Both the position numbers and the translations under genes were made by a program. The notes under the pieces are model-generated. The model had not been told where the DNA came from. It made no database searches and saw only the letters and a program-made list of their open reading frames with translations. From NCBI GenBank assembly GCA_964589775.1, contig CAZPUN010000020.1:1-32000 (forward strand): DNA of 32,000 bases, in the 5' to 3' direction. This DNA comes from an uncultured archaeon (lineage in GTDB: Archaea; Asgardarchaeota; Thorarchaeia; Thorarchaeales; CAZPUN01). The number at the start of each line of letters is the position of its first letter. Position 1 is the stretch's first letter. Positions 27,683 to 32,000 of this stretch are shown one piece after another.

Positions 27683-28687
27683 ATGCCTGAAAAAAGAAAA
27701 CTAATCTCCACCACATTAATTGCGTTAATGATTATTTCATTTGCCGCCCCCTTCATATTCACAAATGTCCAGGCAGCTGAGACAACCAACATAACAATTG
27801 TCATTGATGCTTCACATGGTGAAATTTCATCAAAGAGTGAAGCCTTGACAAATCAGCTTATTGGAAATCTTACTGCCAAAGGATATAATGTGATCGTTGC
27901 TAAAGGTGGCATAAACGCAACCGTATTAGAAAACGCCACTGCATTACTTGTTGGTGCAGTATATGGCGCTAACTTTACAAGCGCTGAAATTCTTGCAATT
28001 AAGAACTGGTACAATACCGGTAATAAATTCATCTGGGTAAACGGTGACAGTGATTATAGCGGAAATTACATTGTCAAGAACTCAAATGATATTTTGGCTG
28101 CAATTGGTGCCCACCTTAGAGTCGAACCAACATCAGTCGAAGACCCAGAATCCAACTGTGGTGCTGGATACAGAGTTGTTGCAAATGTAACAAACAACGA
28201 TCCAACTGTTGCACCTATTGTAAAAGACGTATCAAAAGTCTTGTTCCATGGTCCTTCAATCCTATATGGTATTAATGCAGATGGTGATCCTGTCGCATTA
28301 GAAAATACAACATTACCCAATGTATACTGGATCATGAAGACTTCACCTGCCGGTATTATTGTAGATCATGATCTTGTATCACCTGTAGCTCACACAGTAA
28401 ATCAAGAAGGCAGCTTTGTAATCTTTGCAGTTGAATTAGCTGCAGGACCCAAAGCAAACAATGTAGTTATGGTATCTGGTGCTGCAGGCTACGGTGACTA
28501 TGAACCAATGTTCTCAGACTTGTATCATGATGTAAATCTTACCGGTAGCGCATTAGTAAAGCAAGCAATTGACTACGGAGTTACAAAGTGCCAGCCTGCA
28601 ATGGGTATTGATCCAATGATCATTACCGCTGCAATTGGTGCTGTTGTAGTCGTTGTTATAATTGCGGCAGTATTAAAGAAGAAATAA
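27683..28687 (+). CDS. Secreted, C-terminally anchored protein with GldG/DUF4350 (GATase-like) domain
   Basis: Signal peptide (..VQA/AE), IVIDASHGE, FTSAEILAIKNW..GNK..WVNGDSDY, N.ILAAIG; C-terminal TM + KKK; many NxS/T sequons. Confidence 0.65.
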   Translation: MPEKRKLISTTLIALMIISFAAPFIFTNVQAAETTNITIVIDASHGEISSKSEALTNQLIGNLTAKGYNVIVAKGGINATVLENATALLVGAVYGANFTSAEILAIKNWYNTGNKFIWVNGDSDYSGNYIVKNSNDILAAIGAHLRVEPTSVEDPESNCGAGYRVVANVTNNDPTVAPIVKDVSKVLFHGPSILYGINADGDPVALENTTLPNVYWIMKTSPAGIIVDHDLVSPVAHTVNQEGSFVIFAVELAAGPKANNVVMVSGAAGYGDYEPMFSDLYHDVNLTGSALVKQAIDYGVTKCQPAMGIDPMIITAAIGAVVVVVIIAAVLKKK

Positions 28688-28689
28688 AT

Positions 28690-28722
28690 GCAAGATTTTT
28701 CTTGCTATATTTTTTTATTTTT
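28690..28722 (+). terminator. Hairpin + T-tract terminator-like element
   Basis: GCAAGA-TTTT-TCTTGC 2 nt after the stop codon, followed by TATATTTTTTTATTTTT. Confidence 0.5.
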
Positions 28723-28797
28723 ATCATAAGACTTATTTTTATAAAATAATAGATTAAAAATCATAATTATTAAAATATTTTAGAGGTAATATGTCTA

Positions 28798-29856
28798 ATG
28801 ACCAACAGAAAAGTTTTGATTGCTAGCTTATTAATAATATTATTCATTGTATCGACGATACCAACAGATGCATACAGTAATAACAATGTAGTCCTTGATG
28901 TAGAGGGATATTTAAAAGCACCTGGAGTTGTACGATATAATGTAAATCTCACAGAATTAAATTCGAGTTTCTACTATAATATACATTTATATGTTCCACA
29001 AGGAGCAGATTTTGATTTATTTTTGAAAAATAATAGAACTGGAGAAGAAGTTGCTAGCTCATTTGATAAATATTGGTCTACAGACACATTAGGTAAAGAT
29101 GAAATAATAAACTATCGACCGAATACAAATGATACGTTTACAATTGAGATCTACGCATATGAACTTACAGATTCTGAAAATAATATAACATATTCCAATG
29201 AAGGAAACTATAGATTGGTTGTTTCTATCGAAAAGGCAACAACAATTGCAGATATAGTGACACCGTGGATATTACCAATTTTCACAATAATACTATGTAT
29301 CGTAGCAATCTATATTCTATATCCGCGTATAAATAAAATTATTTCAAAAGCAGAACTAAAACATCGAAAGACAAAAGAGCCAATTATTGATGACGTAAAT
29401 AGGTTTATAGAATCCATAGAACAAAATAAAGAAATAGCTCACGAGATTATATCTAAAATAATTAAAAATAAATTTCACCAAATTCAAATCGCAATAAAAC
29501 CAGATGACCTTTTTGTAAATATATATATTCAAATCAATAAGGATATGACTTGCGAAGTTCTAAACTCAGAAATCGATCAAAATTTTGATATTACTATAAG
29601 AGGCCTCAGAAAAGATATAGAAAAACTACTATCTGCCAAGTTTTCATCTAAAGAACTCAGAAATATTAATGACAAAATAACATTTGAAATTTCACATAAA
29701 AAGCAACTTTCAATCGTAGTATCAATATTACCTATACTCATAAAAGAAGCGAAAATGAAATCAATAGATGCCGCATTAGATCTTGCAAATGAGATAATTT
29801 CACAGATAATTACTAATGATGAAGATTCTGAAAATATAATAAATAAACTTGATTAA
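28798..29856 (+). CDS. Single-pass membrane protein: extracellular PPC-like beta domain + TM + cytoplasmic domain (possibly SCP2-like)
   Basis: Signal peptide, PQGADFDLFL...DEIINY...IEIYAY...GNYRL (PPC-like), TM near aa 157-175, soluble C-half. Confidence 0.7.
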   Translation: MTNRKVLIASLLIILFIVSTIPTDAYSNNNVVLDVEGYLKAPGVVRYNVNLTELNSSFYYNIHLYVPQGADFDLFLKNNRTGEEVASSFDKYWSTDTLGKDEIINYRPNTNDTFTIEIYAYELTDSENNITYSNEGNYRLVVSIEKATTIADIVTPWILPIFTIILCIVAIYILYPRINKIISKAELKHRKTKEPIIDDVNRFIESIEQNKEIAHEIISKIIKNKFHQIQIAIKPDDLFVNIYIQINKDMTCEVLNSEIDQNFDITIRGLRKDIEKLLSAKFSSKELRNINDKITFEISHKKQLSIVVSILPILIKEAKMKSIDAALDLANEIISQIITNDEDSENIINKLD

Positions 29857-29879
29857 ATTTGACTCTTTAAAATTACAAG

Positions 29880-29992
29880 AATTAGGTGAGCCGCCCCACA
29901 GCTCACCTTGCATTCCCGTTCTTAAAACTCGATTTGGCCCATCCAGAGAACAGGAACGCTATGCATCCCTCAGAGCCCACATACGGGAGTAA
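29880..29992 (-). ncRNA. Candidate structured non-coding RNA (unidentified family)
   Basis: 59/106 GC (about 56%) in very AT-rich flanks. A 13-bp stem (29959-29947 with 29922-29910) and a 10-bp stem (29908-29884) pair fully only on the minus strand, via G-U pairs. TATA-like TTTTAATA about 20-25 nt upstream. Confidence 0.6.
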
Positions 29993-30023
29993 CAGTATTG
30001 TATTTCATATTAAAATAATTAGC

Positions 30024-30044
30024 AAAATAGGCAACATTTGCCTA
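30024..30044 (-). terminator. Hairpin + T run downstream of alaX
   Basis: Minus strand TAGGCAA-ATG-TTGCCTA-TTTT. Confidence 0.4.
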
Positions 30045-30081
30045 AATATTATTTCAGAGTAAAAATAAAAAAATAAAAAGT

Positions 30082-30804
30082 TTAAGAAATCGTAAAATAA
30101 ATCCGTCTCTTTTTTGAACCCATATTTTTTTGTTTAACTATCTTAAAAGTCCCAATTTCGGAAAGATTACGAACATGAGTACCAGCACAAGATGCTGCAT
30201 CATAATCATCAATAATTACAATTCTAAATTCTTTCACGCTTTCAGGAACCATTTCAAGATATTGGGTTTGATATTTTCGCGCTTTTAGAAATTCTATTGC
30301 CTCTTGGCGTGCCATAAATTTTATTTCAACATCATATTTTTTTGAAAGGATTTCATTTATATTAGACTCAATATTAGAAATTTCATCATCAGACAGTTTT
30401 TCCATCGGATGAAAATCCGCATGAGATTTTGGAACATTGACTGATGAACTAATTGTTTGAGCAGAATATGTATTTTGCATATAACGGGAAAACACGTGTT
30501 GAAGCGTATGCATCTTCATAAGCATATATCGGCGATCCCAATCAATTTCTCCATGAACCATATCACCAACTGAAAATGAGACATCCCCATCGAAATAATG
30601 GCGTACTTCACCCGATTCTTTTGTTACTTTTGTAATATTTACCGTGGAATTTCCTTTTTTGATTATGCCATGATCGCATGCTTGCCCACCACCTCGAGGG
30701 TAAAAAGCAGAACGATCCAAAACCAAATAGTTTTCACCCACGTTTATTACTTTAGCATCAAATTCTTTAATGTAGTTGTCATGCATATGTAGAAGTTCGG
30801 TCAT
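30082..30804 (-). CDS. alaX: Free-standing alanyl-tRNA editing protein AlaX-M
   Basis: LDRSAFYPRGGGQACDHG, IDWDRRY.LMKMHTLQH (HxxxH), CAGTHV (CxxxH), 240 aa. Confidence 0.95.
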   Translation of the reverse strand: MTELLHMHDNYIKEFDAKVINVGENYLVLDRSAFYPRGGGQACDHGIIKKGNSTVNITKVTKESGEVRHYFDGDVSFSVGDMVHGEIDWDRRYMLMKMHTLQHVFSRYMQNTYSAQTISSSVNVPKSHADFHPMEKLSDDEISNIESNINEILSKKYDVEIKFMARQEAIEFLKARKYQTQYLEMVPESVKEFRIVIIDDYDAASCAGTHVRNLSEIGTFKIVKQKNMGSKKRRIYFTIS

Positions 30805-30953
30805 GATATTTCACCTAAAAATTCAGTTGAATTTTTGATATTAACGTTTTACCATATAATACAAAAAGAAATTTTCGTTTTGTAGTACATTTTAATTATT
30901 TTGCGTAAATTTACAAAATATGAATGAAAAATCGTTACATTGCATAAACAATA

Positions 30954-31400
30954 CTATTCCAAATATTCACGTTTTGCAAGCTCAATGACATCATCAATTT
31001 TATCGGGTGAAATACCAGAACCTTGCAGAATATTTTTCCAGTCCGATATTTCAGAATCTTCAAGAACTTCACAAATTGCATCAGCTTCACTATAGGAAAA
31101 TCCACATTCAACTAAAAATTCAACTAAAGGCTTTCCAGATAATAGAATCTCAGTACTTATTGTGGAAGGTTTTGATTCGGGTGGTTCAAGTTTTGATTCC
31201 TTTAATTTTTTATAATAATAATCATGAACGATTTTTTCAAACGACCGAACTTTTATTTCTTTAATCTTCTTTTTGTTTTCTATAGCATTAGCAAGAGATT
31301 TTATCTGCTTTTTTATAAATCTCCGTCTTAAGAAACTCCCAGCTATTATTATTGAATACAGTAGAGGTATATACATGTGAATTGATAATGTATTAAGCAT
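30954..31400 (-). CDS. Hypothetical membrane-anchored protein with small acidic helical C-domain
   Basis: GAGGGG RBS before ATG 31400 (the track's extension to 31508 is AT-rich promoter DNA). N-terminal TM followed by RRR. Confidence 0.7.
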   Translation of the reverse strand: MLNTLSIHMYIPLLYSIIIAGSFLRRRFIKKQIKSLANAIENKKKIKEIKVRSFEKIVHDYYYKKLKESKLEPPESKPSTISTEILLSGKPLVEFLVECGFSYSEADAICEVLEDSEISDWKNILQGSGISPDKIDDVIELAKREYLE

Positions 31401-31545
31401 GTCTGGCCCCTCAATAATATATGTTTGACAATACATATAAAAAACATATTTAAAACATTTATGTAAAAATAAATCAATAATAAAAAAAATAATAAAGAAA
31501 AGATACAATGAATATTGTGAGGGATAAGTCTGCGGAGATATTTCT

Positions 31546-32000
31546 ATGATTCAATGCTTATATATAATTTCACATAATGGGGACGAATTGTTTTCAAAAG
31601 CATATATAAAGGAAATGTGCCATCTGCCATCACATATCGCAAATGTAGCAGTAATGATCTTTCAACCGGGAATAAGTAATCAATCGATTTATTACCTTAA
31701 TGAAAATGGAACATTATGGACGTATTCTGTATATAGCAGGTTTATTCTTATAATTAAAAGTTCAAAGGAAACAGACCCAATTGAACTAAAACTGAAGACT
31801 CTAGAAATTGGCGAGTATATGACTCAAATAATGAAGAAATTACCAGACAATTGGGAAGGTAAATTAAACGATTTCAAAGACATTGAAGATGAAATAAATA
31901 AAATTGTACATAAGAAGATATCTATGGCACCCTCATTAGTTGTGTCATTAAAAAATATTGCAGAGGTATATGAGGAAACAAAAAAAGAAATCGACTATAT
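31546..32000 (+). CDS. Longin-domain protein (partial; runs off the window end)
   Basis: Not in the track. Manual translation is open to the end: MIQCLYIISHNGDELFSKAY...GTLWTYSVYSRFILIIKSS...WEGKLNDFKDIEDEINKIV. The beta-hairpin/helix/3-strand/2-helix pattern fits longins. GGAG RBS. Confidence 0.7.
   Translation, partial: MIQCLYIISHNGDELFSKAYIKEMCHLPSHIANVAVMIFQPGISNQSIYYLNENGTLWTYSVYSRFILIIKSSKETDPIELKLKTLEIGEYMTQIMKKLPDNWEGKLNDFKDIEDEINKIVHKKISMAPSLVVSLKNIAEVYEETKKEIDY

Noticed and set aside
29880-29992. tRNA/tRNA-Sec, 5S rRNA or SECIS identity for the GC-rich island
   Set aside because: No T-loop GTTCRA or cloverleaf, no 5S conserved motifs, and neither flanking gene has an in-frame TGA.
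31401-31508. N-terminal extension of ORF 30954-31508
   Set aside because: Low-complexity AT-rich promoter sequence between divergent genes; the RBS supports ATG 31400.

Overview
AT-rich, gene-dense archaeal chromosome segment, most likely from an Asgard archaeon. This is inferred from an archaeosine tRNA-guanine transglycosylase, GGAGG/GGTGA ribosome-binding sites, a Rab-like small GTPase and two longin-type proteins. Housekeeping and metabolic content: Dpp/Opp peptide ABC genes, ubiX + aconitase X (archaeal mevalonate-pathway components), a nitrilase-family hydrolase, a GlmU-like nucleotidyltransferase, DedA, LarA, an Orange-protein-like cluster (DUF134, NifB/NifX, two MinD-ferredoxin ATPases, DUF5320), tgtA, a surface metallophosphoesterase, an AfuABC/FbpABC-type ABC transporter and AlaX. 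No CRISPR array, transposase, tRNA or rRNA was recognised. The most notable items are: (1) a ~772-aa protein with eight tandem alternating zinc-ribbon repeats fused to an adaptin-appendage-like module, apparently starting at ATA; (2) a GC-rich structured ~110-nt RNA candidate at 29.9 kb; (3) several dispersed eukaryote-like trafficking/GTPase components (NPRL2-like longin-wHTH, Rab-like GTPase, AP-sigma-like longin); (4) a shared palindromic operator in the DUF134/Orange-protein cluster; (5) an orphan CARF-HTH regulator; (6) two apparent near-cognate start codons (ATA, ACG). All family assignments come from motif recognition by eye; no database searches were run.
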